A stretch of 64,000 nucleotides of DNA, taken from IMG/VR virus record IMGVR_UViG_3300046167_000888; one strand, 5' to 3'. Positions 32,280 to 44,260 of this stretch are shown here, one piece after another. Position 1 is the first letter of the stretch. Every line of letters begins with the position of its first letter. The DNA comes from a virus. Under the pieces are notes generated by a model. That model was not told where the DNA came from and searched no databases. It worked only from the letters and a program-made list of their open reading frames with translations. Position numbers and translations under genes: made by a program.

Positions 32280-34072
32280 ATGGCAAATACATTATCAAAT
32301 ACTGGTATAGTAACCGGACAAACAGTAGAAGCTTTACAAGTTTCTCAATCTGTAGACGCATTTACTGGTGCGAATGACTACGACATTACAATATCTGGTT
32401 CATTAACACTTACAGGATCCCTCTTCCAAACTGGATCCGTTTATTTTAAACAAATAGCACAAGTTCCAGCTACCGCAAGTAATAACTTAGGAACTGTAAT
32501 GATTGACGTAGATGGTCGATTATATTCTGGTTCATCTTCAGTTGGTACCCAAGGTGCTGCTGGAGTAAAAGGTGAAACTGGTTCACAAGGTGCTGATGGA
32601 GTTGATGCAACAGGTACTCAAGGTGCTAATGGTGCTCAAGGTGCTGTAGGATCTACAGGTGCAGGTGGTGCTCAAGGTACAATAGGTGAAAAAGGAAACG
32701 AAGGAACACAAGGTAGTGCAGGTACTGTAGGACCAGCTGGAGAAAAAGGTACATTTGGTGAAAAAGGTGAAGCTGGTGCTCAAGGTACTAGTGGTACAAA
32801 TGGAGAAAAAGGACAACAAGGAGATGCTGGAACAGCAGGTGCTCAAGGTGAATCAGGTGAAAAAGGTGAAACTGGTTCTGCAGGTGGATTAGGTGCTCAA
32901 GGTGCACAAGGTGGTGCTGGAGAAAAAGGAGATAATGGAGCTCAAGGTACTGTAGGTGCAGGAGATAAAGGTCAAAAAGGTGAACAAGGAGATGCTGGTA
33001 ACGCAGGTGCTCAAGGAGCAAATGGTGTAACAGGTTCTCAAGGTACTACTGGAGCAGGAGCTCAAGGTGAAACTGGATTAAAAGGTGAAAAAGGAGAAGC
33101 TGGTGCAGGTGGTGCACAAGGTGAAACTGGAGCAGGAGCTCAAGGAGAAACAGGACAAAAAGGTGAAGCTGGAAGTGGTGGAGCTCAAGGTGCTAATGGT
33201 GCCCAAGGAACAAATGGTGAAAAAGGAGCAATAGGAGAAAAAGGAGAAAATGGAGCAGGTGGTGCACAAGGTGAAACTGGAACAGGTGGTGCTCAAGGAG
33301 CAAATGGTGTAAAAGGTGAACAAGGAGATGCTGGTGGTACAGGTGCTCAAGGTGCTCAAGGTACTACAGGAGTAGGAGAAAAAGGTGGAACAGGAGCACA
33401 AGGAACTGCTGGTACAGGTGGTGGATCAGGTGATGTATATAATCCACAAACAAGATATTTAATTGCTAGTGATGGAGATAATTTCCAATTATATGGAACA
33501 TCTACAAGTAATATGTTCTCAGCAGATTGGACAAGATCAGGAGCAGAATTAACAGTATCACATTCAGCAAATGGTTTAGGTGCTGGTGATAAAGTAGTAG
33601 TTAGAAATTCCAATGTAGATTATCAAGTAACAGATGTTATATCTGCTTCACCAGATGGATTTGTAGTAAATTGTTGCCAACTCGGGTGCCTACATCAGGA
33701 ACAGGATGTCAGTATGGAGCTTTATTTACTGCAGCAGTTACTCAAAATTCAGGTGATGTTACAGCAATAGTAATATCAGCACCAGGAGGAACAAATGGTG
33801 CTTCTCAATTAAATACTTTAAATTTATATGCTAATAACCAAGAAAGTGGTTTAGCAATAACACTACCAGCTGGATTACAAGAAGGTGCCGGTGGGTATAA
33901 TGATAAACAAGATATTAATCTAGTATCATTAGACGCAAAAGTATTTGATGGTACAGGAGTATCAGGAGCATTAACTCCAACAGCAACATATAATTTAGGT
34001 GCTAACTTTAATAGAATAGATGTAAGTAATATTGATAACTTTTCACCAGTTAATTTATCAATGAGGTTTTAA
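32280..34072 (+). CDS. Collagen-like fibre protein A (frameshift(s) near 33670-33715)
   Basis: About 295 aa of Gly-X-Y (GAQ/GEK/GET/GAG) followed by a beta-rich C-terminal domain continued in ORF 33671-34072. Confidence 0.8.
32543..33425 (+). repeat. Collagen Gly-X-Y coding repeat A
   Basis: 9-nt periodic GGN-NNN-NNN repeats. Confidence 0.9.
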
Positions 34073-34104
34073 TTAAAAAAATTAATTAAAAAAAATAAAA
34101 TAGG

Positions 34105-35142
34105 ATGCATACCCAACGTTTACAATTTGGAAGGTTAACATATGGATCAGCAGATTTTTTCTCTGATTGAAAATAACCAAAATGGATTTATTCGTATAAA
34201 TGCCGAGATACAACAAGTGGATCTCCTATAATTACAAACGTAGGAGAACAAGCTGGTGGAGCATTTACTACATCGGAACTTATGGTTGGTATGACATTAG
34301 TCTCAAGTGGTGAATTTGCAAGTGAAGTAACAATTATATCTTTAGATTTGGGTAATAACCAACTTACGGTATCCGGCAAATGCAACAGCAACTGCCCAAA
34401 ATCAAGTAATGAGAGTAAGACCCTGCTAAAGGAATGTACTTTTTCGAAAGTGCTTCTTTTAATAAAGTAGGTTCAGGGTGAACCCATCTGATTTAAGAGA
34501 TATTACAGGATCAGAAGATGCTGATTATGATTCAAATGAATTAAAATGGGGTGTAGTTGCAGCCATTAGCTGATACAGGTAGTGTAACAACTACAGTAGC
34601 AGGTTTATATGGTCAATACGAAATTACAGAAATACAAAGTAGAATAAGTAATACAGAAATGAATTTCTTTGCTACAGCAAGTGATTCATTACCTTCATTT
34701 ATAGAAGAATCAGGAAGCCAAGTTAGTGCTGGTTCAAGTGTATTAATGGTATCACAGATATCAAATAACTTAATGACAATAGCAGGTGCTCTGATGTAGG
34801 AGGTGGTGGACAAGGTTTAGCTTTAGGCTGCTTACCAAACAGCAGTATCATCAATATTTTCTACTCTAACATCTGGTTCAGGAGGAGGAGATGCTTTTCC
34901 CATATACAGGTTCAGCTCAAATTACAGGTAGTTTAGGTGTAACAGGTAGTGTAGAAGCATTACTTGCTTCAAATGAAAATTTCTTAATTAAGAACGCTAC
35001 AGCACCAACTCAAAGTTTATTTAAAGTAGATGACGAAGGAGTAGCTGTATTTAGAGCAAGAGAAGGAGCAGATGGTGTACCAAGTGCTGTAGTAGGAGGT
35101 TTATATTTCACTACTTCATCAGCATTTTTAGGAGTAGACTAA
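34105..35142 (+). CDS. Fibre-associated structural protein, heavily frameshifted
   Basis: Fragments 34282-34470, 34557-34799 and 34891-35142 share TGS-rich composition; ends FPYTGSAQITGSLGVTGS...GGLYF. Confidence 0.5.
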
Positions 35143-35242
35143 AATTAGAAAAAATATTACAAATACTAAAATTTAGTATTAAGGTTGCATACGTATAAAT
35201 GATAAAACAGAATATTAAATTAACTTAAAAAACAATTAATCA

Positions 35243-36838
35243 ATGGCAACTTGGAAAAAAGTAATTGTATCCGGATCAGTCGCTGACTTATCAGCATTAT
35301 CCCTAGATACAGCATTGCCCGTAGCCTCGGGTGGTACGGGGGCATCAACCCTTACAGATGGTGGTGTTCTTTTAGGTAGTGGAACTGGAGCAATTACTGC
35401 ACTAGGTCAAGCTACAAACGGTCAATTAGTTATTGGTAGTACAGGAGCAGATCCAGTATTAGCAACTTTAACTGGTGGTTCAAACATTACAGTAACAAAT
35501 TCAGCAGGTGGAATTACTATCGCTGCAACAGGATTAGGTTCAGGTACAGTACAATCTGTAGCAGCATCTGGTAATGAAAATGGTATTACATTATCATCAG
35601 ATGGAGATAGTGTTAACCCAACTATTACATTAGGTGGTGCTTTAGCAAACGTTACAAACTCACAATTATCAAACAGTGCAGTAACATTAGGTAATACATC
35701 AGTATCATTAGGTGCAACAGCTGGAACAGTTGATGGCTTAGTATTAACAGATGTAATAGCAACTGGTTCATTCAGTGGTTCATTCAGTGGTAATGTAATT
35801 ACAAACCTAGAAGATTTAACAGCTGGAAACGGTTTATCAGGTGATGCTTATGATGGTAATGTAGCTAGAACTTTTGCAGTACAAGCAGATGGTTCTACAT
35901 TATCAGTAGGTGGATCAGGTGTTAAAGTAGCAGACGCAGGAATTACAGCAACTCAAATCGCAACTTCAGTAGCAGGTGCTGGTTTAGCAGGTGGTGGAGG
36001 AACAGCATTAAGTGTTAATGTTGATGATTCTTCAATCGAAATTGCTACAGATACTCTAAGAGTAAAATCTCAAGGTATTACAGCTGCAATGATTGCTTCT
36101 GGAAGTATTAACCAGAACCATTTAGCATCTGGAATTGGATTGTTCTCAGGATCAGCTCAAGTAAACTTAGGTGATGCTTCAGGAACAGTAACATTAGGAA
36201 CTCAAACAACAGGTAACTACGTAGCAACACTAGGTAGTGGTACTGGTGTAACAATTGGTTCAAATACTGGTGAAGGTTCAACTCCAACAATTGCAGTAGA
36301 CTATGGTTCAACTGCTAACACGGCGGTTCAAGGTAACGTAGGTTTAACAGTTCAAGGTACTACAAACGAAATTGAAGTATCAGGTGGTGGAATTACACTT
36401 GGTGCTGGTGGTACAGCAACAATTGGTTTACCAAGTAATGTTACTATAACTTCAGACTTAAGTGTAGGACAAGATTTAGTAGTAGCTAGAAACTTAACAG
36501 TTCAAGGTACAGCTTCATTTGCCTCAACAACGGATTTAGATGTAGCGGATAGATTCATCAGAATGGCTTCTGGTTCAACAGCAACTGGAGACGGTGGTAT
36601 TGTTGTACAACAAACAGGACCAGCAGATGGTGAAGCTTTTGCTTATGATTCAGCACAAACTAGATGGGGAGTTACAGGGTCTTACGATCCAGCAACAAAC
36701 TCAATTACTCCAGACGCTTTCATGTCTACAGTAGTAATTGGTTCAGGTGGTGATGCAGCAACAGGTGTTGTTTCTAAATACACAAAAGCAGGTAATATGT
36801 TTGTTTCAGCATCAGGAGATATTTACATTTACTCATAA
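35243..36838 (+). CDS. Tail fibre-like Gly/Ser/Thr-rich protein
   Basis: LPVASGGTGAST, LTAGNGLSG and VAGAGLAG fibre repeats; N-terminal [12 protein letters not shown]. Confidence 0.8.
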   Translation: MATWKKVIVSGSVADLSALSLDTALPVASGGTGASTLTDGGVLLGSGTGAITALGQATNGQLVIGSTGADPVLATLTGGSNITVTNSAGGITIAATGLGSGTVQSVAASGNENGITLSSDGDSVNPTITLGGALANVTNSQLSNSAVTLGNTSVSLGATAGTVDGLVLTDVIATGSFSGSFSGNVITNLEDLTAGNGLSGDAYDGNVARTFAVQADGSTLSVGGSGVKVADAGITATQIATSVAGAGLAGGGGTALSVNVDDSSIEIATDTLRVKSQGITAAMIASGSINQNHLASGIGLFSGSAQVNLGDASGTVTLGTQTTGNYVATLGSGTGVTIGSNTGEGSTPTIAVDYGSTANTAVQGNVGLTVQGTTNEIEVSGGGITLGAGGTATIGLPSNVTITSDLSVGQDLVVARNLTVQGTASFASTTDLDVADRFIRMASGSTATGDGGIVVQQTGPADGEAFAYDSAQTRWGVTGSYDPATNSITPDAFMSTVVIGSGGDAATGVVSKYTKAGNMFVSASGDIYIYS

Positions 36839-36851
36839 TAAATGAGTGTAA

Positions 36852-37079
36852 ATGAGTTTCAAAAGTGGTGAAATAATTATTAAAGGTAAAAAAACTACCT
36901 CTATAAATAAAGATGAAATGGCAGACTCTGAACAGGGTCTGCCATCTTTATCAAAAGAAGAAATAATGTTTCTTCTAAAAATAATTCAACAACATGATTT
37001 TAAAGGTAGAGATATAGAAATTCTTTACAATACAACGTTGAATCTTCAAAAACAGTACATACATTTAAGTAATCAATAA
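36852..37079 (+). CDS. Small helical protein, possible fibre assembly chaperone
   Basis: LSKEEI..L......KGRD......LQKQ, similar to the next ORF. Confidence 0.65.
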   Translation: MSFKSGEIIIKGKKTTSINKDEMADSEQGLPSLSKEEIMFLLKIIQQHDFKGRDIEILYNTTLNLQKQYIHLSNQ

Positions 37080-37088
37080 TATTTAAAT

Positions 37089-37262
37089 ATGGATGAGTTA
37101 TATACATTAGAACAATTAACATTAAGAGAAATTAAAGCCCTAAGAAAAGGTTTAGAGTTCATTCAAATAAGTGGGATAGATGCAATGTTTATGGGTATGT
37201 TACAAGCTAAAATTGATAAACAAATCGAACAATTAGAAAAACATATACAAGATAAACAATAA
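37089..37262 (+). CDS. 57-aa helical protein, paralog of the preceding ORF (not in ORF track)
   Basis: MDELYTLEQLTLREIKALRKGLEFIQISGIDAMFMGMLQAKIDKQ... Confidence 0.65.
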   Translation: MDELYTLEQLTLREIKALRKGLEFIQISGIDAMFMGMLQAKIDKQIEQLEKHIQDKQ

Positions 37263-37297
37263 GCCTGTTTCTCATATTTATAACCATATAATTTATC

Positions 37298-40200
37298 ATG
37301 GCAAATTGGAGAGAAATCATTATCAGTGGATCAGACGCTGAATTAAATAAATTAAATGTAGATTCATCATTAACAGCAAGCGGACTTATATACCCTGCTG
37401 CTGATGGAAGTAATACTCAAGTTTTACAAACAGATGGATCTGGTAATCTTTCTTTTGCTGATAAAGACTCAGGACCTCAAGGTACTACAGGTGCACAAGG
37501 TGCTCAAGGTCTTGATGGTGATTTAGGTTCAAAAGGTGATATAGGGGAAAAAGGTATTAATGGTGAAAAAGGAGAACAAGGACCAACGGGTGCTCAAGGA
37601 ACAAATGGAGCACAAGGTGTACAAGGTGAAGAAGGACAAAAAGGAGAAGGTGGTGCACAAGGAACTATAGGTGAAAAAGGTGCTCAAGGTACAACAGGAG
37701 GACCAGGTGTAGTTGGACCTAAAGGAGAAAAAGGAGATATAGGATCACAAGGTGTAAATGGAGCACAAGGAGCAGATGGAGCACAAGGTGAAACAGGTGT
37801 TCAAGGAAATGATGGTTCATTTGGAGGTGCTACATTTGATTATACCTTTTCTACTGATACAGCAGGAGGAAATGATCCAGGTCAAGGTATAGTTGAATTA
37901 AATTCTACACAACAAAATACAGCAGATGAAATTTATATTGATGCTACCGATGATAACGGTGTAAGTATTAATTCTTTCTTAGCAACTATTAAAGCGTCAA
38001 GTTCAACAATAAAAGGACATATTCGTATATCTAATAGAATTGATGCAACACAATTTTTATTGTTTCAAATCACAGAATTAACCGTTCAAAACACAGATCA
38101 ATGGTGGGTAATTGACGTAACAAATCAAGCATCAAGCGCACAATCTCCATTTACAAATTCAGAAGATGTAGTATGTTCTTTCTTAGTAACTGGTGATCAA
38201 GGATCTCAAGGTGCTACAGGAGGTGGAGGAGCACAAGGAGCAAATGGTGCTCAAGGTGCTAATGGTAATACAGGTGATAAAGGAGATAAAGGACAAAAAG
38301 GTAGTCAAGGTGCTGTTGGACCTATAGGACCTAAAGGTGCTCAAGGTATTGATGGACCTCAAGGTAACAAAGGATCACAAGGTGAAACAGGTGTAAAAGG
38401 AGACGGAGGAGCACAAGGTGCTAATGGAGCACAAGGTACAATAGGTGAAAAAGGAATTAATGGTGAAAAAGGTGATATTGGAGCACAAGGTGAAACTGGA
38501 TTAAAAGGTGAAGAAGGTGCTCAAGGAACAGACGGTGTTCAAGGTACTGATGGTCAAAAAGGAGCACAAGGTGAAACTGGGTTAAAAGGAGATAATGGAG
38601 ATAAAGGTGCACAAGGTGAAACTGGTTTAAAAGGTGATATTGGACCTCAAGGAGAAACTGGTTTAAAAGGAGATGATGGTGCTCAAGGAGAAACTGGAGA
38701 AAAAGGAGACATTGGAGCTCAAGGAGAATCAGGCGCTAAAGGAGATGGTGGAGCTCAAGGTACTATAGGTGCTCAAGGAACAGATGGTCAAATAGGTGCT
38801 CAAGGTGAAACTGGTGAGAAAGGTGATAATGGTGCCCAAGGAGAAACAGGACAAAAAGGTGCCCAAGGAGAAACAGGATCTCAAGGTACTACAGGTACAA
38901 AAGGAGATGATGGAGCACAGGGCGAAACTGGAGAAAAAGGAGATACTGGAGAAAAAGGAGATATTGGAGCTCAAGGAGTACAAGGAGAAGATGGTCAAAA
39001 AGGTGTTCAAGGTGAAGATGGTCAAAAAGGTGCCCAAGGAGAAACAGGACAAAAAGGATCACAAGGTGAAACTGGAGAAAAAGGAGATACTGGAGAAAAA
39101 GGAGATATTGGAGCTCAAGGAGAAACTGGATTAAAAGGAGAACCTGGAGCACAAGGCGAAACAGGAGCACAAGGTGAAACAGGAACACAAGGAACAGACG
39201 GTGCACAAGGAACTGATGGTGCTCAGGGTACAGATGGAGCACAAGGAACAAATGGTGCCCAAGGTACTGATGGTCAAAAAGGAGCACAAGGCGAAACTGG
39301 TGAAAAAGGTGGTGATGGCGCTCAAGGAGAAACAGGACAAAAAGGTGCCCAAGGAGAAACAGGACAAAAAGGTGCCCAAGGAGAAACAGGACAGAAAGGA
39401 GCACAAGGTGAAACTGGATTAAAAGGTGAAGAAGGTGCTCAAGGTACAGATGGTAACTTTGGTGGTAATTCATTTGATTATACTTTTAGTACTAGCACTG
39501 GTACAGGTGATCCAGGAAGGGGTATATTTAATTTTACAGGATCAGCTAGCCAAAGAACAGCAGCTCAAGGTATTATAGATGATGAAGATGATGCTGGTAA
39601 TGATATATCAGCTACTTTACAAACAATATCTAGTGTATCCTCAGCAATTAAAGGACATATTAGAGTATCAAATAGAACTGATTCACTTCAATTTTTAACA
39701 TTTGCAATTACTGATTTAACTGATAATACAGGTTATTGGAGTTTAAATTTAACAAATGAAGCATATTCAGCTGATAATCCTTTTAGTGATGATGAAGATA
39801 TTTTAATATCATTTACAACTGTAGGTGATAAAGGAGATAAAGGTCAAAAAGGAGAAGTTGGTGTTCAAGGTGAAACTGGTGAGAAAGGTGCTCAAGGCGA
39901 GACTGGAAGTCAAGGTACAACTGGTGAAAAAGGTGCTAAAGGAGATACTTTAGAAAAAGGACAAAAAGGTGCACAAGGACAAACTGGTGCTAAAGGAGAT
40001 ACACTTGAAAAAGGTCAAAAAGGTGCTCAAGGTGAAACTGGAGAAAAAGGAGCACAAGGTGAAACTGGACAGAAAGGTGCCCAAGGAGAAACTGGTACAA
40101 AAGGTGCTCAAGGAGAAGATGGTGTAAAAGGAGCTCAAGGAGAAACTGGAGAAAAAGGTACTAAAGGTGATACCTTAGAAAAAGGTGCTCAAGGTGCAAC

Positions 40201-42371
40201 AGGACAAAAAGGTACTAAAGGTGATACTTTAGAAAAAGGACAAAAAGGTGCACAAGGTGAAACTGGAGAAAAAGGAGCACAAGGTGAAACAGGACAGAAA
40301 GGAGCACAAGGTGAAACTGGTACAAAAGGTGCCTCAAGGAGAAGATGGTGTAAAAGGAGCACAAGGAGAAGATGGTGTAAAAGGTGCTCAAGGAGAAACT
40401 GGAGAAAATGCTCCATTACAAGGTAATGTAGACAATAATCTAGTTACTATGACTGGTGGGACAGCATTATCAGGTTCAGCCAAATTTACCTATGATGGTA
40501 TAGATACTGTTTTAGATGGTACTAGTGGAGGAGGTCATTTTATAACTAAAACTCCATCACAATATAGTGCAGTTTCTGAATATGGATTAGGACATGAAGT
40601 ATTTTCTGCAAATTTAGATAGCGGTTTAATTGCTACATTTAGTAGTTCTTTTGCTACATCAGATAATGTACCAATAATTCAAATGGTAGATAAATCTACT
40701 GGTGGTACAGGAACTAATGTTGGTACATTTAGATTTAATAAAGACACTGGTCATTTTATATTAACACCTAGTGGTTCTGGTAAAACAACTTTCCTTTTAC
40801 TTACAGGTAGTTTATCTGTTTCACAATCTGTATTTTTCCCAGGAGTTGCTGAAAATACTAATAACCTTAAAACTTTAATGATAGACCCTACTTCGGGTAA
40901 ATTAGGATATACAGGTTCATATGGTGGAGGTGGAGGTGGTACTCCAATACAAGGAAACGTTAATAATAACGTATTAACAGCTACAGGAACAACATCTATA
41001 TCAGGTTCAGCTAAATTTACTTATGATGGAGCAGGTGATGTTCACTTAGAAGGTAAATTACAAATTGACCAACAAACTATAACTATAGCTGGAGGTAATG
41101 TTTCATGGAATGTAAATAATGGCTCAAATGCTACTGTTACATTAGGATCAGGTACTAATACATTAGCAATGTCAAATTGGGAAACAGGTGATACTGGTGT
41201 ATTAGTTGTTAAACAAGATGGAACTGGAGGAAGAACATTAGATATTGATTTAAGTGGTAATACTGTTTATTTAGGTAATACTTCATATACACCTTCAACA
41301 GCTGCTAATGCGGTTGATGTATTAGGTTGGTATTATGATGGTTCAAAATATTATGTAACAATAGGTTACGGTGATTCATCAACAGTAGGAGCTAAAGGTG
41401 CTCCAGGAGATTCAGGAGCTCAAGGTGCAGCAGGACCAAAAGGGGTTACAGGACCTCAAGGTGATGATGGTGCTCAAGGATTAGCAGGACCAATTGGTAA
41501 TCAAGGAAATACAGGTCCACAAGGTGCAACAGGACCTCAAGGCTTATTAGGACCAATAGGAAACATTGGACCAATTGGTAATACTGGACCTCAAGGTGCT
41601 GATGGAAATATAGGACCAATAGGAAATATAGGACCTATAGGAAACATTGGACCAATTGGTAATACTGGACCTCAAGGTGCAGACGGTAATATTGGACCAA
41701 TAGGTAATATAGGACCAATAGGAAATACAGGTCCTCAAGGTGCAGATGGAGATAAAGGACCAGCTGGTGATGCAGGACCTCAAGGTGCAGACGGTGGTAT
41801 TGGACCAATTGGTAATACAGGACCACAAGGTGCAACAGGAACACAAGGTGCAGTAGGTGGATCAGGAGCTGAATTTACAGTAACAGGAACAACCACAGAT
41901 GGTGTTGTTACTTTTGATTCAGCAAATGCTTTAACTACTGAAGCAAATATGACATTTGATGGTACTACAGCATATATTAATGGTGCTTTAGGTGTAGGAA
42001 CAGATAATCCAACAACTGTAGGTTTAATAGAAGCTACTAATGATGTTGTAGCATATTACTCATCAGATGAAAGATTAAAAGAAAATATTAAACCTATTCC
42101 ATGGGCATTAGATAAATTAATGAAAATAAATGGTGTAACATTTGATTGGAAACCATTAACTGAAGAACAAAAAATACATATTCATGGACATGAAGGGCAT
42201 GATGTAGGTGTAATAGCTCAAGAAATAGAAAAAGTATTACCTGAAGTTGTAACTACAAGAGATAATGGATATAAAGCTGTTAAATATGAAAAAATAGTTG
42301 CTCTATTAATTGAAGCTATTAAAGAACAACAATCAGAAATAGATCAATTAAAAGATAAAATTAATGGCTAA
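37298..42371 (+). CDS. Collagen-like fibre protein B (~1690 aa) with C-terminal Peptidase_S74 chaperone; +1 frameshift at ~40332
   Basis: Four Gly-X-Y blocks, two globular inserts, SSDERLKENI...GVIAQEIEKVLPEVV...AVKYEKIVALLIEAIKE. Confidence 0.85.
37472..41865 (+). repeat. Collagen Gly-X-Y coding repeats B (four blocks: ~37472-37812, 38192-39450, 39824-40410, 41388-41865)
   Basis: GAQ/GET/GEK/GQK/GPI/GNI triplets. Confidence 0.9.
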
Positions 42372-43629
42372 TCTTAATTTTTTCAGAATAATGGCCGGTA
42401 ACGGTTCTAATGTTAGTTCTCAAGATATTCCTTGTAATGCTGGAAGTATTAATTTTGATGGAGGACCAGGTATATTTTATGCTACCGCTGTTGTATTAGG
42501 AACTGGTATAGGCCCTATAACTGCATCATTTGAAGCTCGAAATGTTCCAGATGGATTTAGATTAGTATGGAGCGGATCTACAGTAGCAAATTCTTTATTT
42601 GTAGGAGATCGATTAGACACAGCAAGTTTATATAATGGATATACAGGGTCAATAAGTAATGTAACTTCTTTAACTCGAAAAAATTGGAACCAACAAGCAG
42701 ATACTTTTGTAAATGCTTCAGCAGAAAGTGTAACTTATACTAGTGCTTCATTCCCTCCATTTCCTGGCAATCCTTTCACAAAAACAAGAGGAAATACATC
42801 TACAGTTGTAGGTGAAAGAGTTAATGGTCAAGGAAACCATGGGGCACAAAAAGGCGTACTTAATGCTTTTCCCCAATTTTCATCTTCATGTACAAATGGA
42901 CAAGTTAAATTATGTTTTTTTAAACATACAACTGAACCAACAGAATTTGAACTAATAATTGATGGTCCAGATGGTGGTACACTTTGGGATTTACTTAGTT
43001 TAACTTGCCCAGGTAATGATACTTCACTCCATTCTTCTTCAATTATGGATAAAGATGGTGATATAGTTGAAATATACCATACATCACCATCATTTGACTT
43101 AGATGTAGGAATGACATTATATGAAAATAGTGCATTAACTACTAAATTTATATCAAGTGGGACTTATAGTACTAGTTCATTTTGGGGTAGTGATAATTCT
43201 ATGTTAGTATCAGGTAGTACTATATTAGGAACAGCATATCCTTTTAATGGAGGTAGTGGTATATGCTTTAAATCCGCTTTAAATACAGGATATTCCTATA
43301 TTACATTAGCTGATGATGGAGTAATTACTGCTAGAAGTTGTACTACAACATCATTCCCATTAGCTGATGGTTTAACAGAATTCTATGTAACAGATCAGGC
43401 GAGTAAACTTCCTTTCGCATGTCAGCAACCAATTACAACAACACGTTTCCACGATGGTTCAGGATTAATACCTGTTGTAGGTGATATAGTGTATACTGAT
43501 AGTGGAGGAACTACAGTATTAGCCAATTCAAAAAGAGGAGCTTCTTCTTTTAATTCAGGTAATTCAATTTATGGTTTTGAAACTGATAGTAATGGAGATG
43601 TTACCGATACGCAAACCTGTATACCATAA
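42364..43629 (+). CDS. Cys-containing fibre tip/receptor-binding-like protein
   Basis: Follows the S74 fibre gene; two C-terminal repeats of type H....VG..(L/V)Y..S..TT, each closed by Cys. Confidence 0.55.
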   Translation: MANLNFFRIMAGNGSNVSSQDIPCNAGSINFDGGPGIFYATAVVLGTGIGPITASFEARNVPDGFRLVWSGSTVANSLFVGDRLDTASLYNGYTGSISNVTSLTRKNWNQQADTFVNASAESVTYTSASFPPFPGNPFTKTRGNTSTVVGERVNGQGNHGAQKGVLNAFPQFSSSCTNGQVKLCFFKHTTEPTEFELIIDGPDGGTLWDLLSLTCPGNDTSLHSSSIMDKDGDIVEIYHTSPSFDLDVGMTLYENSALTTKFISSGTYSTSSFWGSDNSMLVSGSTILGTAYPFNGGSGICFKSALNTGYSYITLADDGVITARSCTTTSFPLADGLTEFYVTDQASKLPFACQQPITTTRFHDGSGLIPVVGDIVYTDSGGTTVLANSKRGASSFNSGNSIYGFETDSNGDVTDTQTCIP

Positions 43630-43631
43630 TT

Positions 43632-44150
43632 TTGGAGTTTTTAGATTATCAAGGTAAAGAATTTAATGTTTTTAAAAACAATGGGGTTACAATCATGCAA
43701 TTTAAAAATAATGTTTTTTTAAATGATGATAAAATATACACTAAATTATTTTTAGGGGAATGTGATAAATGTAATCCATTTTATAAAGATTTTTTTAATA
43801 ATATTAAATTTGATACAGTATTAGTAGTAGGATTAGGACTTGGTTTAATACCTCAAGAGTTAATTGAAATATACAAATGTAGTAAAGTTGATTGTCTAGA
43901 AATAAGTCAAGAAATGATTGATTATACTCATAACTCAGGTCATTTAAATAAAAATATAAATCTTATTCAGGGTGATGTTTATAAGTACTCTACTTCTGAT
44001 ATGTATGATTTGATTATAATTGATACTATTTGGCAAAAACATAATATGAGTGATGATCAATGGAACATATTAGTAAAAAAATATAAACCAAATTTAAATC
44101 CTAAAGGCGCAATCTTCGCTCCAGTAAAACAAAAGTATTTTTCAATATAA
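43632..44150 (+). CDS. SAM-dependent methyltransferase (spermidine-synthase-like fold)
   Basis: VLVVGLGLG, CLEIS, IQGD, YDLIIID and LNPKG motifs. Confidence 0.8.
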   Translation: MEFLDYQGKEFNVFKNNGVTIMQFKNNVFLNDDKIYTKLFLGECDKCNPFYKDFFNNIKFDTVLVVGLGLGLIPQELIEIYKCSKVDCLEISQEMIDYTHNSGHLNKNINLIQGDVYKYSTSDMYDLIIIDTIWQKHNMSDDQWNILVKKYKPNLNPKGAIFAPVKQKYFSI

Positions 44151-44260
44151 CTTGTTTTCTCCTTATTTTTTCCATACATTGTTCATATGTATGACTATAT
44201 TATAGGCCATAACGGAAGTGGGCTCAAGGAGTAACCAACCATAATTAAAAAGATTTTAAA

